Assembly (NCBI GenBank): GCA_035623825.1
Contig: DASPSR010000063.1
Location: forward strand, 13,982 to 77,981
Source: Nitrospirota bacterium
Lineage (GTDB): Bacteria > Nitrospirota > UBA9217
Direction of reading: 5' to 3'
DNA: 64,000 bases
In this document: positions 1 through 8,796 of the stretch, piece by piece
How positions within the stretch are numbered: the stretch's first letter is position 1
How the letters are laid out: every line of letters begins with the position of its first letter
Notes under the pieces: model-generated
Told to the model about the DNA's origin: nothing
The model's database searches: none
The model's input: only the letters and a program-made list of their open reading frames with translations
Translations under genes and position numbers: made by a program

Positions 1-122
1 CATTTGCAGCTCCGATGCCGTCCGGCCGGATTCTCGTAAGATGCTGAACCCCTTGAGTTTTTCTTATAGATGAGTAAAAAAAATTAATACAGAACCAATC
101 TTGTCCTGTTATAATGTTTTGC

Positions 123-151
123 TTGACAAAATATTTATCGTGGCTTATTAT
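123..151 (+). promoter_or_regulatory. sigma70-type promoter of the nuo operon
   Basis: TTGACA (123-128), 17-nt spacer, TATTAT (146-151), about 57 nt upstream of nuoA. Confidence 0.7.
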
Positions 152-208
152 GCAAAAGTTTTAGACTTTCTGCTAATCCAAAATATGATAATTTACAGGG
201 AGTAGTGT

Positions 209-583
209 ATGACGCCAAGTACCTATCTTCCGGAACAGTACCTGCCGGTAGTGGTTTTTCTGCTGCTCGGCTTGGCGGTCGGCTTTGGCATGCTGATCGC
301 AGGATGGTTCATCCGGCCCCGGAGACCTTATCCTGAAAAGCTGATTACGTACGAGTCCGGTATCACCCCCTTCATGGATGCCCATCAGAAGTTTTCTATC
401 CGCTATTATATTGTAGCCATGCTATTCCTCATTTTCGATATTGAAGCCGTTTTCCTCTATCCGTGGGCCGTTGCCTATGGGCAGATCGGCCTTTACGGAT
501 TTGTGGAGATGGTGATCTTCGTAGTAATCTTGCTCGTAGGATATTTCTACGCATGGAAGAAGGGGGCTCTCGAATGGGAGTAG
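209..583 (+). CDS. nuoA: NADH-quinone oxidoreductase subunit A
   Basis: 3 TM helices; [19 protein letters not shown] and WKKGALEWE motifs. Confidence 0.97.
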   Translation: MTPSTYLPEQYLPVVVFLLLGLAVGFGMLIAGWFIRPRRPYPEKLITYESGITPFMDAHQKFSIRYYIVAMLFLIFDIEAVFLYPWAVAYGQIGLYGFVEMVIFVVILLVGYFYAWKKGALEWE

Positions 584-1053
584 TGCAGAATCTCTTTGAC
601 GAAGGATATATTTCCACGACCATCGATGGGTTCCTCAATTACTGCAGGGCCTGCTCCATCTGGCCGATGACGTTCGGGCTTGCATGCTGCGCCATCGAGA
701 TGATCCAGTACTATTCCGCGCCCCAGCATGATTTCGACCGTTTCGGCACGGTCCCGCGCCCTTCACCGCGGCAGTCGGACCTCTTGCTCGTTGCCGGCAC
801 TCTGTCGAAAAAGATGGCGCCGATCGTGCGCCGCGTGTATGACCAAATGCCTGAGCCCCGGTATGTGATCGCCATGGGGAGCTGCGCCGGATCAGGCGGC
901 ATCTTCAACACCTACGCCGTGGTACAGGGCGTTGACAACATCGTCCCGGTGGATGTGTATATCCCCGGCTGTCCGCCGCGGCCTGAAGCGCTGATGTACG
1001 GCATAATGAAGTTGCAGGAGAAGATCAAGAAGGAAAAATATATCAGAAAGTAG
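574..1053 (+). CDS. nuoB: NADH-quinone oxidoreductase subunit B
   Basis: [21 protein letters not shown] and PGCPPRPE (N2 ligands); start at ATG 574 overlapping the end of nuoA. Confidence 0.96.
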   Translation: MGVVQNLFDEGYISTTIDGFLNYCRACSIWPMTFGLACCAIEMIQYYSAPQHDFDRFGTVPRPSPRQSDLLLVAGTLSKKMAPIVRRVYDQMPEPRYVIAMGSCAGSGGIFNTYAVVQGVDNIVPVDVYIPGCPPRPEALMYGIMKLQEKIKKEKYIRK

Positions 1054-1078
1054 CCCCGGAGGACTCGATAGAGGTTGT

Positions 1079-1549
1079 ATGGACCCTTTACAAATAGCCA
1101 AGATGATTGAAGAGAAGTTTGCCGGACAAGTGCTCGGCACGATGTTTTATGCTGGCCAGGTCGGTGTCTCGCTCAAGAAAGACATGATTAAAGATGTTTG
1201 TCTTTATCTTCGTGATGAACCCTCGCTCAAGATGGACCACCTCTCTGATCTCACCGCGGTCGATTTTTCCAGGTATCCCGGGGACCCCGGACCCCGGTTC
1301 GAGGTCGTGTATAACATGATATCCACCGTATACCGCCACCGCATTCGCCTAAAGGTCAGAGTACCGGAGGAGGACCCGCGGGTAGACTCGGTTGCCTCGA
1401 TCTGGCAAACGGCTAACTGGCATGAACGCGAGACCTATGACCTTATGGGAGTCAGGTTCGACGGCCACCCTGACCTCCGCAGGATCCTCCTGCCCGAGGA
1501 CTGGGAGGGTCATCCGCTCAGGAAAGAATATCCACTGAAGGGATATTGA
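1079..1549 (+). CDS. nuoC: NADH-quinone oxidoreductase subunit C
   Basis: [37 protein letters not shown]. Confidence 0.96.
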   Translation: MDPLQIAKMIEEKFAGQVLGTMFYAGQVGVSLKKDMIKDVCLYLRDEPSLKMDHLSDLTAVDFSRYPGDPGPRFEVVYNMISTVYRHRIRLKVRVPEEDPRVDSVASIWQTANWHERETYDLMGVRFDGHPDLRRILLPEDWEGHPLRKEYPLKGY

Positions 1550-1694
1550 AACGACAAGCGCCAGTGAGCAGGAACTGAATCCTTCATGATTTCCTAGCAC
1601 CAATCACAAATAAAACCGTTTCGGAGATTGGGATTTTGATGCTGGATATAGGCTGAAATCTGAATTTTGGAATCTGATAATTAATGGTGAATAT

Positions 1695-2888
1695 ATGTCC
1701 GTTACCGTGCCGAAAGAGATCGTCCAAAAAGAAATCACCCTGAACATGGGGCCTCAGCACCCGGCCACCCACGGCGTGCTTCGCCTGGTGCTCGACCTGC
1801 AGGGCGAGACCGTGGTGGGCGTCGATCCGCGGCCAGGCTACCTTCACCGCGGGATCGAGAAGTGGATGGAGAGCAGGACCTACCATCAGATCATCCCCAT
1901 GACCGACCGGTTGGAGTATATCACCTGCATGAACAACAACCTGGGCTGGGTGGTTGCCGTGGAGAAGCTTGCCGGAATTACGGTGCCGGAGCGGGCGCAG
2001 TTCATCAGGACGCTGATGGCCGAGCTTACGCGGCTCTCCGGGCATCTTGTGTGGCTGGGGACCCACGCCCTTGACATCGGCGCCATGACGGTCTGTATGT
2101 ACACCCTCCGGGAACGGGAACTTGTCCTCGATCTGACGGAGATGGTGACGGGAGCGCGTCAGACTGTGAGCTATGTCCGCATCGGCGGTGTGCGGAACGA
2201 TATCCCCCGGGATTTTATCGACAAATGCCGGGAGTTCACCGAGCTCTTTCCCAAGCGGCTCGAAGAGTATGATACGTTGATTCGGGAAAACCGCATCTGG
2301 CTCAAGCGCACCGTGGGGATCGGCGTGATGACGCCGGAGGACGCGGTCAACTACGGCCTCACCGGCGGCACGCTGCGTGGGTCGGGCGTGAACTACGACC
2401 TCCGCAAGGTCGAACCCTATGCCGCGTACGACAAGGTGGATTTCGAAGTGCCGCTTGGAAAGAACGGCGACGTCTACGACCGGTACGTTGTGCGAATCAA
2501 TGAGATGCGCCAGAGCAACCGGATCATCAGGCAGTGCCTTGACATGATGCAGCCGGGCCCGATCAAGACCGATGACCCGCGCTATGCAGTACCCGAAAAG
2601 ATCGATGTCATGAAGAGCATGGCATCGCTGGCCCACCAGTTCGTGCTCATGAGCAAGTGGGTGCCAATGCCGAAAGGCGAGGTATATGTGGCGACCGAGG
2701 CGCCGAAGGGCGAGCTCGGCTTCTATATCGTCAGTGATGGCAGCGGAAGACCATACCGCGTTAAGATCCGCGCCCCATCGTATGTTCACATAAGCGCTCT
2801 TCCGAAAATGGTGATTGGCCATATGGTGGCAGATGTTATCGCATGCATCGGGACCATTGACATCGTGCTCGGCGAGTGCGACCGGTAG
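1695..2888 (+). CDS. nuoD: NADH-quinone oxidoreductase subunit D
   Basis: NMGPQHPATHGVLR, GYLHRGIEK, EAPKGELG, DIVLGECDR; no [NiFe] CxxC pairs. Confidence 0.97.
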   Translation: MSVTVPKEIVQKEITLNMGPQHPATHGVLRLVLDLQGETVVGVDPRPGYLHRGIEKWMESRTYHQIIPMTDRLEYITCMNNNLGWVVAVEKLAGITVPERAQFIRTLMAELTRLSGHLVWLGTHALDIGAMTVCMYTLRERELVLDLTEMVTGARQTVSYVRIGGVRNDIPRDFIDKCREFTELFPKRLEEYDTLIRENRIWLKRTVGIGVMTPEDAVNYGLTGGTLRGSGVNYDLRKVEPYAAYDKVDFEVPLGKNGDVYDRYVVRINEMRQSNRIIRQCLDMMQPGPIKTDDPRYAVPEKIDVMKSMASLAHQFVLMSKWVPMPKGEVYVATEAPKGELGFYIVSDGSGRPYRVKIRAPSYVHISALPKMVIGHMVADVIACIGTIDIVLGECDR

Positions 2889-2902
2889 TGGAGAACCACC
2901 GG

Positions 2903-3259
2903 ATGAAATTGAGAGAGATAATCAAACTCCTTCGTGCCGATGTTCTTGCGGGCGACGGCCTCGTCGATGAGATCGAGGTGGACTGCTGCTTCAGCGCAGA
3001 CCTCATGAGCGATGTGCTGGGCCGCACTCATGCGAACGGGATCCTTATCACGGGCATCACAAATCCGCAGGCAGTCCGGACTGCCGATATCGCCGACATC
3101 CGGGCGGTCTGCGTTGTGCGCGGAAAGCAGCCGGAGGCCGACGCCGTGTCCCTGGCAAAACAGAAGGATATCCCACTATTCGTCACGAAGCTGACAATGT
3201 TTGAGGCATGCGGCATACTGTACATGAACGGCCTTAAGGCAGTAGGCGAGCGGCAATAG
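2903..3259 (+). CDS. DRTGG domain protein
   Basis: SADLMSDVL...LITG...VRTA...VRGK pattern of small DRTGG proteins found in bifurcating hydrogenase operons. Confidence 0.85.
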   Translation: MKLREIIKLLRADVLAGDGLVDEIEVDCCFSADLMSDVLGRTHANGILITGITNPQAVRTADIADIRAVCVVRGKQPEADAVSLAKQKDIPLFVTKLTMFEACGILYMNGLKAVGERQ

Positions 3260-3263
3260 ACTG

Positions 3264-4217
3264 ATGGCACAGATGGGCAAAGAGCAGGGGACGCTGGACC
3301 GGGTGACCAAGACCCAGGAGATGGTCTATGAGGTCTCCGTGGGCGAGGTCATGGCTCCCAAGATGGTCACCGTGGGGCCGGAGCAGACCATGTCGGAGTT
3401 CAGAATCCTCTTGCGGGACAACCGCATCTCCGGCACGCCGGTGGTCGAGAACGGCAAGCTCGTGGGCATGGTCAGCATAGAAGACCTGATCAACGCCCTG
3501 TATGACAACGCTATAAATGCTCCCATACGGGAGAGGATGAAGACGAAGATAGAGTGTCTGTACAGCGACGAACTGCTCGTTCACTGTATCGCCAAGTTTT
3601 CCAAGTACGGGTATAGACGGTACCCCGTATTGAACCGGAATGGGGAGCTGGTCGGCATCATCACCAAAGGGAGCATCGTCGAAGGGCTGCTCAGGAAGCT
3701 TGAGATCGAATACGAGCAGCATGAGGCCAATGCTTCCCTGGCGCGGCAGCGGCCTGCGATGCGAAAGTTCTTTGAGGACGTATCTGCAGACGAGATCAGC
3801 TTCACCTTCAAGTATAATGTTACCGGTCAGACCCTGAAGGACGCGGGAAAGGCCGCAAGCGAGCTCAAGAACGCGCTCAAGAAACTGGGAGTCTGCCCGC
3901 CGCTTCTCAGGCGGATCGGGGTCGCCACCTATGAGGCGGAGATCAACCTCGCCTCGTATACAAAAGGCGGTGAGATCAGGGCACAGGTTGAGAAGTGGGG
4001 GATCATCGTAGAGGTGATCGATCATGGCCCCGGCATCCCGGATATAGAGCTGGCGATGAAGCCCGGATACTCCACGGCCCCCGATTGGGTCCGGGAACTG
4101 GGGTTCGGCGCGGGCATGGGGCTCGTGAACATAAAGAAATGCTCCGATGAAATGGATCTCAAATCATCGGTGCCCGAGGGAACACATCTGACCATGCAGT
4201 TCTACTATACGAGCTGA
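3264..4217 (+). CDS. CBS-pair plus RsbT/anti-sigma-like GHKL Ser/Thr kinase
   Basis: Two CBS motifs at the N-terminus; C-terminal YEAEIN, DHGPGIPDIELAMKPGYST and GFGAGMGL ATP-lid motifs. Confidence 0.85.
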   Translation: MAQMGKEQGTLDRVTKTQEMVYEVSVGEVMAPKMVTVGPEQTMSEFRILLRDNRISGTPVVENGKLVGMVSIEDLINALYDNAINAPIRERMKTKIECLYSDELLVHCIAKFSKYGYRRYPVLNRNGELVGIITKGSIVEGLLRKLEIEYEQHEANASLARQRPAMRKFFEDVSADEISFTFKYNVTGQTLKDAGKAASELKNALKKLGVCPPLLRRIGVATYEAEINLASYTKGGEIRAQVEKWGIIVEVIDHGPGIPDIELAMKPGYSTAPDWVRELGFGAGMGLVNIKKCSDEMDLKSSVPEGTHLTMQFYYTS

Positions 4218-4230
4218 CGGGAACAAGCCG

Positions 4231-4572
4231 ATGAATCTGAACAACATAGTAAAGGAATTCGGTCTGGAAGTGAAAACCGGTTCTGACCGCCTTGATCGCG
4301 AGGTGACGGGGGGCTACGTGAGCGATCTCCTATCAGACGTGCTGGCACATGCGGATGAAGGGATGCTCTGGGTCACGCTCCACATTCATCAGAATATCGT
4401 GGCCGTCGCGGCGCACAAGGATTTGGCGGGGATCATCCTGGTCCAGGGCAGGGATCCGGAAAAAGAAACGGTGATCAAGGCCGAAGAAGAGGGGATCCCG
4501 ATCATGGTGAGCAGCCTCTCGGCCTTCGAACTCGTTGGCAGACTGTACAAGGCAGGGATCCGTGGCGCTTAG
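4231..4572 (+). CDS. DRTGG domain protein (HPr-kinase N-domain-like)
   Basis: GGYVSDLLSDVL...WVTLHIHQNIVAVA; paralogous in pattern to 2903-3259. Confidence 0.85.
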   Translation: MNLNNIVKEFGLEVKTGSDRLDREVTGGYVSDLLSDVLAHADEGMLWVTLHIHQNIVAVAAHKDLAGIILVQGRDPEKETVIKAEEEGIPIMVSSLSAFELVGRLYKAGIRGA

Positions 4573-5308
4573 GCGCATTAAAGCTGACCTGCATGTTCAT
4601 ACATGTCTGTCACCCTGTTCAGGTCTGGACATGTCGCCTCGTGAAGTTGTAAACGCGGCTCTCAAGAAGGGTCTCGACCTGATCGGCGTGTGCGATCATA
4701 ACTCCGCAGAAAACGTTCTGGCTGTCAAGAAGGCGGGAGAACGGAACGGATTGATGGTGATCGGCGGGATGGAGGTCGCCTCTTCCGAAGAAGCGCACAT
4801 CCTGGTGTTCTTTGACGATGACGACGACCTTCTTGGATTCCAGAAGCACATCTACAGGCATCTGGACGGAAGGAATGACGAACATGCCTTCGGCCTCCAG
4901 GTGATCGCAGACGACGAAGACGGGGTGACCGGTTTCTGCGACCGTCTTCTGATCGCGGCAACGTCGCTCCCGGCCGAAGCAATCGTGGCGGAAGCACGCA
5001 TGGCAAAAGGAGAGAGCCTGGTGATCGCCGCACATGTTGACCGTGAGGCGTTCAGCATGATTGGCCAGCTGGGATTTATTCCTCCCGGTCTTTCCCTGGA
5101 CGCTGTGGAGATATCTCCCCACATCGCCGTAGCAGACGCCCGGAGACGGTTCCCTGAATGCACGAAATACCCCGTTATCACCGGCTCCGACGCGCACCAT
5201 CCCGAGGACGTCGGGAAGCGGTACACCTGCTTCACCGTTGCAGACGGGACAATAGCGGAGATCAGGATGGCCTTGGCGGGCAGGGACGGCAGAAAGACGG
5301 AGTGCTGA
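4562..5308 (+). CDS. PHP-domain metal-dependent phosphoesterase
   Basis: DLHVHT, CDHNS, E...EAH, AAHVDR, GSDAH; GTG start overlapping the upstream gene. Confidence 0.9.
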   Translation: MALRRIKADLHVHTCLSPCSGLDMSPREVVNAALKKGLDLIGVCDHNSAENVLAVKKAGERNGLMVIGGMEVASSEEAHILVFFDDDDDLLGFQKHIYRHLDGRNDEHAFGLQVIADDEDGVTGFCDRLLIAATSLPAEAIVAEARMAKGESLVIAAHVDREAFSMIGQLGFIPPGLSLDAVEISPHIAVADARRRFPECTKYPVITGSDAHHPEDVGKRYTCFTVADGTIAEIRMALAGRDGRKTEC

Positions 5309-5312
5309 GGCC

Positions 5313-5849
5313 GTGGAAGATATCTCGCTCCACATCCTCGATATCGTCGAAAACTCGATCCGTGCTGAAGCAAAGAGCGTAGAGATCATGCTGGCGAAGG
5401 ATGACGAGCACGATCTCCTCCGGATAGAGATCAGCGATGACGGCAAGGGAATGGGGCCCGAGACGCTCGAAAAGGTCAGGGATCCCTTCTTCACGACCAA
5501 GAGGAAGAAGACCGGCCTGGGGATACCCCTTCTTGCGCAGGCGGCAGAACAAACAGGCGGCAAGCTCACCGTTGATTCCGCTCCAGAAAAAGGGACACGG
5601 GTGTCGGTCACATTCCGATGGAGCCATATAGACCGGCCGGCGATCGGCAGCATGGCCGATACGCTGCTGACACTGATTGCAGGCCACCCGGACAGGGATT
5701 TTGTGTATGAGGAACGGGATGGCGAGCGGGTATTCCGATTCGACACGCGTGAGATCAAGGACGATCTAGGCGATGTGCCGATCGCGTCCCCGGCGGTAAT
5801 TGATGCAATCAGGGACTTGCTGGTGAATAACATACGACGCTTTGAATAG
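5313..5849 (+). CDS. stand-alone HATPase_c (GHKL) ATP-binding protein
   Basis: LHILDIVENS, DDGKGM, PFFTTK, GLGIPL; no HisKA domain. Confidence 0.88.
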   Translation: MEDISLHILDIVENSIRAEAKSVEIMLAKDDEHDLLRIEISDDGKGMGPETLEKVRDPFFTTKRKKTGLGIPLLAQAAEQTGGKLTVDSAPEKGTRVSVTFRWSHIDRPAIGSMADTLLTLIAGHPDRDFVYEERDGERVFRFDTREIKDDLGDVPIASPAVIDAIRDLLVNNIRRFE

Positions 5850-5883
5850 CATTATTCCAAAGCAGCAGACGATGGAGATGATA

Positions 5884-6423
5884 ATGAGTAACGATACGGT
5901 GGCACCGAAGGAAACAGCGGTTGCCGGAAAACAGCCCGCCTTGGACACGGGAGCGGACACCATAACGCCGGAGATGTATGAGAAGATCGACGGGATCATC
6001 GAGCGGTACAAGGACAAGCCCGGTTCGCTCATCCCGGTGCTCCAGCAGACGCAGGAGGTGTGCGGGTACCTGCCGCACCTCGTGCAGCGCTATATCGCGA
6101 AAGGCATGAAGATGTCGCCGAGCGTGGTGTTCGGCGTTGCCACCTTCTATTCGTTCTTCACGCTCGTGCCGCGCGGCAAACACGTCATCAGGGTCTGTCT
6201 CGGGACAGCGTGCTACGTGAAGAGGAGTGAAGAGATCCTCGAGAAGATCAAGGATGAGCTGGACCTTGAGGTGGGGGAAATCACAAGAGACAAAAAATAT
6301 TCTCTTGAAGCAGTGAGATGTCTCGGCGCCTGTGGTCTCGCGCCGGTCGTCGTGATAGGAGCGGACACGTATGGCGACGTTGCCGCCACGAAGGTGATGG
6401 ACATCATAAAGAAATATGAGTAA
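5884..6423 (+). CDS. nuoE: NuoE/HndA [2Fe-2S] subunit
   Basis: VATFYSFF, CLGTAC...CLGACG; start chosen at ATG 5884 after GGAG. Confidence 0.92.
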   Translation: MSNDTVAPKETAVAGKQPALDTGADTITPEMYEKIDGIIERYKDKPGSLIPVLQQTQEVCGYLPHLVQRYIAKGMKMSPSVVFGVATFYSFFTLVPRGKHVIRVCLGTACYVKRSEEILEKIKDELDLEVGEITRDKKYSLEAVRCLGACGLAPVVVIGADTYGDVAATKVMDIIKKYE

Positions 6424-6524
6424 ATCCTGAACGCGAAATACGAAATTCTAAACAATATCGGGAAACCGCAACAGCAGGGATCTTGATATGAAGATTTAGA
6501 ATTTCCCCTGTGAGGGGGGTAACC

Positions 6525-6902
6525 ATGGCAAAGCTGACGATTGCAGATTTGAAAAAGATCAAAGAAGATTACCATCAGGGACTGCGCGAGGGCGGGTTTC
6601 GGGCCAAGATCACGGTGCATATGGGGACCTGTGGCATCGCAGCAGGTGCCAGAGGCATCATGAACACCATCATGGAAGAGCTCGCCAAATCCAACCTGAA
6701 GGACGTGGCGATCACCACATCGGGCTGCGCCGGGCTCTGCAGCCAGGAGCCGATGGCCACAGTCGAACTTTCTGGAGAACCTCCCGTGAAATATATCTCG
6801 CTGACCGAGGAGAAGATGCGCAAGATCTTCGCGGAACATGTAGTAGGCGGGAAACCAGTCAAGGAATACGCCCTGGTCGTCGGGCATGAAACGACGTACT
6901 GA
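6525..6902 (+). CDS. HndB-like thioredoxin-fold [2Fe-2S] ferredoxin subunit
   Basis: HMGTCGIAAGA...SGCAGLCSQEP; RBS GAGGGGG. Confidence 0.88.
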   Translation: MAKLTIADLKKIKEDYHQGLREGGFRAKITVHMGTCGIAAGARGIMNTIMEELAKSNLKDVAITTSGCAGLCSQEPMATVELSGEPPVKYISLTEEKMRKIFAEHVVGGKPVKEYALVVGHETTY

Positions 6903-6939
6903 TGAATCCGGTTTAAACCGTTAAATGGGGTAAGGTAAC

Positions 6940-8730
6940 GTGGAGACAACATACCGCTCAAATATAATGATCTGCGCAGGGACGGGATGTGTGGCAAACG
7001 GCTCGCTCAAGGTGAAGGAGGCGCTCGAGACCGAACTGATCAGGCGAAACCTTCAGAACGAGGTCAAGATCGTCTTGACGGGGTGCAACGGGTTCTGCGC
7101 CAAAGGCCCGGTCATAGTGGTCTATCCCGAAGACATATTCTATCAGCTCGTGAAGCCTGAAGACGTGCCGCACCTTGTTGAAGAGCACTTTGTCAAGGGG
7201 AGGCCGGTCCAGAAATTCCTCTACACGCCTCCGGCGCAGAAAGACGCCATCCCCGTCATGAACGAGATCCCGTTCTTCAAACACCAGGTGCTGCGTGCGC
7301 TTCGGAACAGGAGCCTCATCGACGCCGAGAAGATAGAGGAATACATCGCCCGTGACGGCTATATGGCCGCAGCCAAGGCGCTGACCGAGATGACGCCCGA
7401 GCAGATCGTCAGCGAGGTGAAGAAGTCCGGGCTGCGCGGAAGGGGCGGGGCCGGGTTCCTCACCGGCCTCAAGTGGGAGCTCTGCGCCCGCGTCTCAGGC
7501 GAGATCAAATATATACTGTGCAACGGAGACGAGGGCGACCCGGGCGCGTTCATGGACCGCAGCGTCATGGAAGCCGATCCTCATTCCGTTCTCGAGGGCA
7601 TGATCATCGCGGCCAAGGCGATCAATGCCCACTACGGCTATATCTATGTACGTGCCGAGTACCCCCTTGCGGTGCACCGTCTTCAGCTTGCCATCGAGCA
7701 GGCCAAGGAGCGGGGCCTTTTGGGCCCGGATATCCTGGGCTCAGGATTCGCTCTGGAGATCGAGATCTACCAGGGTGCGGGTGCGTTCGTGTGCGGCGAG
7801 GAAACGGCGCTCATGGCATCCATCGAGGGCAAACGGGGCATGCCGAGGCCAAAACCGCCGTTCCCCGCGGTCAAGGGCTTGTGGCAGCGGCCGTCGGTGC
7901 TGAACAACGTCGAGACCTTTGCGAATGTGCCCCCCATCATCCTGCACGGTGCGGACTGGTTCGCGAGCCTCGGGACCGAGAAGAGCAAGGGCACCAAGGT
8001 ATTCGCCCTTTCGGGAGCGCTGAATAACATTGGCCTCGTAGAAGTGCCCATGGGCATTCCTCTCAAGACGGTGATCTACGACATCGGCGGCGGCATCAAA
8101 AACAACCGGAAGTTCAAGGCAGTGCAGATGGGCGGTCCGTCGGGAGGCTGCATTCCCCATTCGCTCATTGATACGCCCGTCGACTACGAGAACATCAACA
8201 AGACAGGAGCGATCATGGGATCCGGCGGCATGGTGGTGATGGACGAGACCACCTGCATGCCGGCCATGGCCAAATTTTTCCTTGAGTTCACTGAAGACGA
8301 GTCCTGCGGCAAGTGCGTGCCCTGCCGGATCGGGAACAAGACGCTCCTGAGCATCCTGCAACGCATCACAAACGGCGAAGGCCGCGAGGGAGACATCGAA
8401 CTTCTCTTGAACCTCTCTCAGCAGATCAAGGACACGTCGCTCTGCGGACTGGGTCAGACCTCGCCGAACCCGGTCCTCACGACGATCAAGTATTTCCGCG
8501 ACGAGTATGAGGCCCATATCAAGGAGAAGAAATGCCCGGCCAGGGTCTGCACGCCGCTGATCGAGTTCAAAGTGAACGAGGAAAAATGCAAAAAGTGCGG
8601 CCAGTGCTTCAAGAATTGCCCGGTGGGCGCCATAACCTGGGAGAAGGGCAAAGTGGCCTACATCGATCAGGAGAAGTGCACCAAGTGCAAGACGTGCATC
8701 AAGAACTGCAGGTTCTGGGCTATTGATTAA
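6940..8730 (+). CDS. nuoF: NuoF, HydB/HndC (bifurcating-type) flavoprotein subunit
   Basis: N-terminal CAGTGC...CNGFC; GRGGAGF, DEGDPGAFMDR, CGEETAL, GGPSGGC, ESCGKCVPCR; C-terminal 2x[4Fe-4S]. Confidence 0.95.
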   Translation: METTYRSNIMICAGTGCVANGSLKVKEALETELIRRNLQNEVKIVLTGCNGFCAKGPVIVVYPEDIFYQLVKPEDVPHLVEEHFVKGRPVQKFLYTPPAQKDAIPVMNEIPFFKHQVLRALRNRSLIDAEKIEEYIARDGYMAAAKALTEMTPEQIVSEVKKSGLRGRGGAGFLTGLKWELCARVSGEIKYILCNGDEGDPGAFMDRSVMEADPHSVLEGMIIAAKAINAHYGYIYVRAEYPLAVHRLQLAIEQAKERGLLGPDILGSGFALEIEIYQGAGAFVCGEETALMASIEGKRGMPRPKPPFPAVKGLWQRPSVLNNVETFANVPPIILHGADWFASLGTEKSKGTKVFALSGALNNIGLVEVPMGIPLKTVIYDIGGGIKNNRKFKAVQMGGPSGGCIPHSLIDTPVDYENINKTGAIMGSGGMVVMDETTCMPAMAKFFLEFTEDESCGKCVPCRIGNKTLLSILQRITNGEGREGDIELLLNLSQQIKDTSLCGLGQTSPNPVLTTIKYFRDEYEAHIKEKKCPARVCTPLIEFKVNEEKCKKCGQCFKNCPVGAITWEKGKVAYIDQEKCTKCKTCIKNCRFWAID

Positions 8731-8796
8731 AACGAGCTCATAGTCGAATGCTGATTGCGATTGCCAGGAGCTCTTAGGTAAGAAGGTAAAGAACTT

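Noticed and set aside
1695-2888. NuoD as a group 4 [NiFe]-hydrogenase large subunit
   Set aside because: No N- or C-terminal CxxC Ni ligands; quinone-site His and Tyr motifs are present
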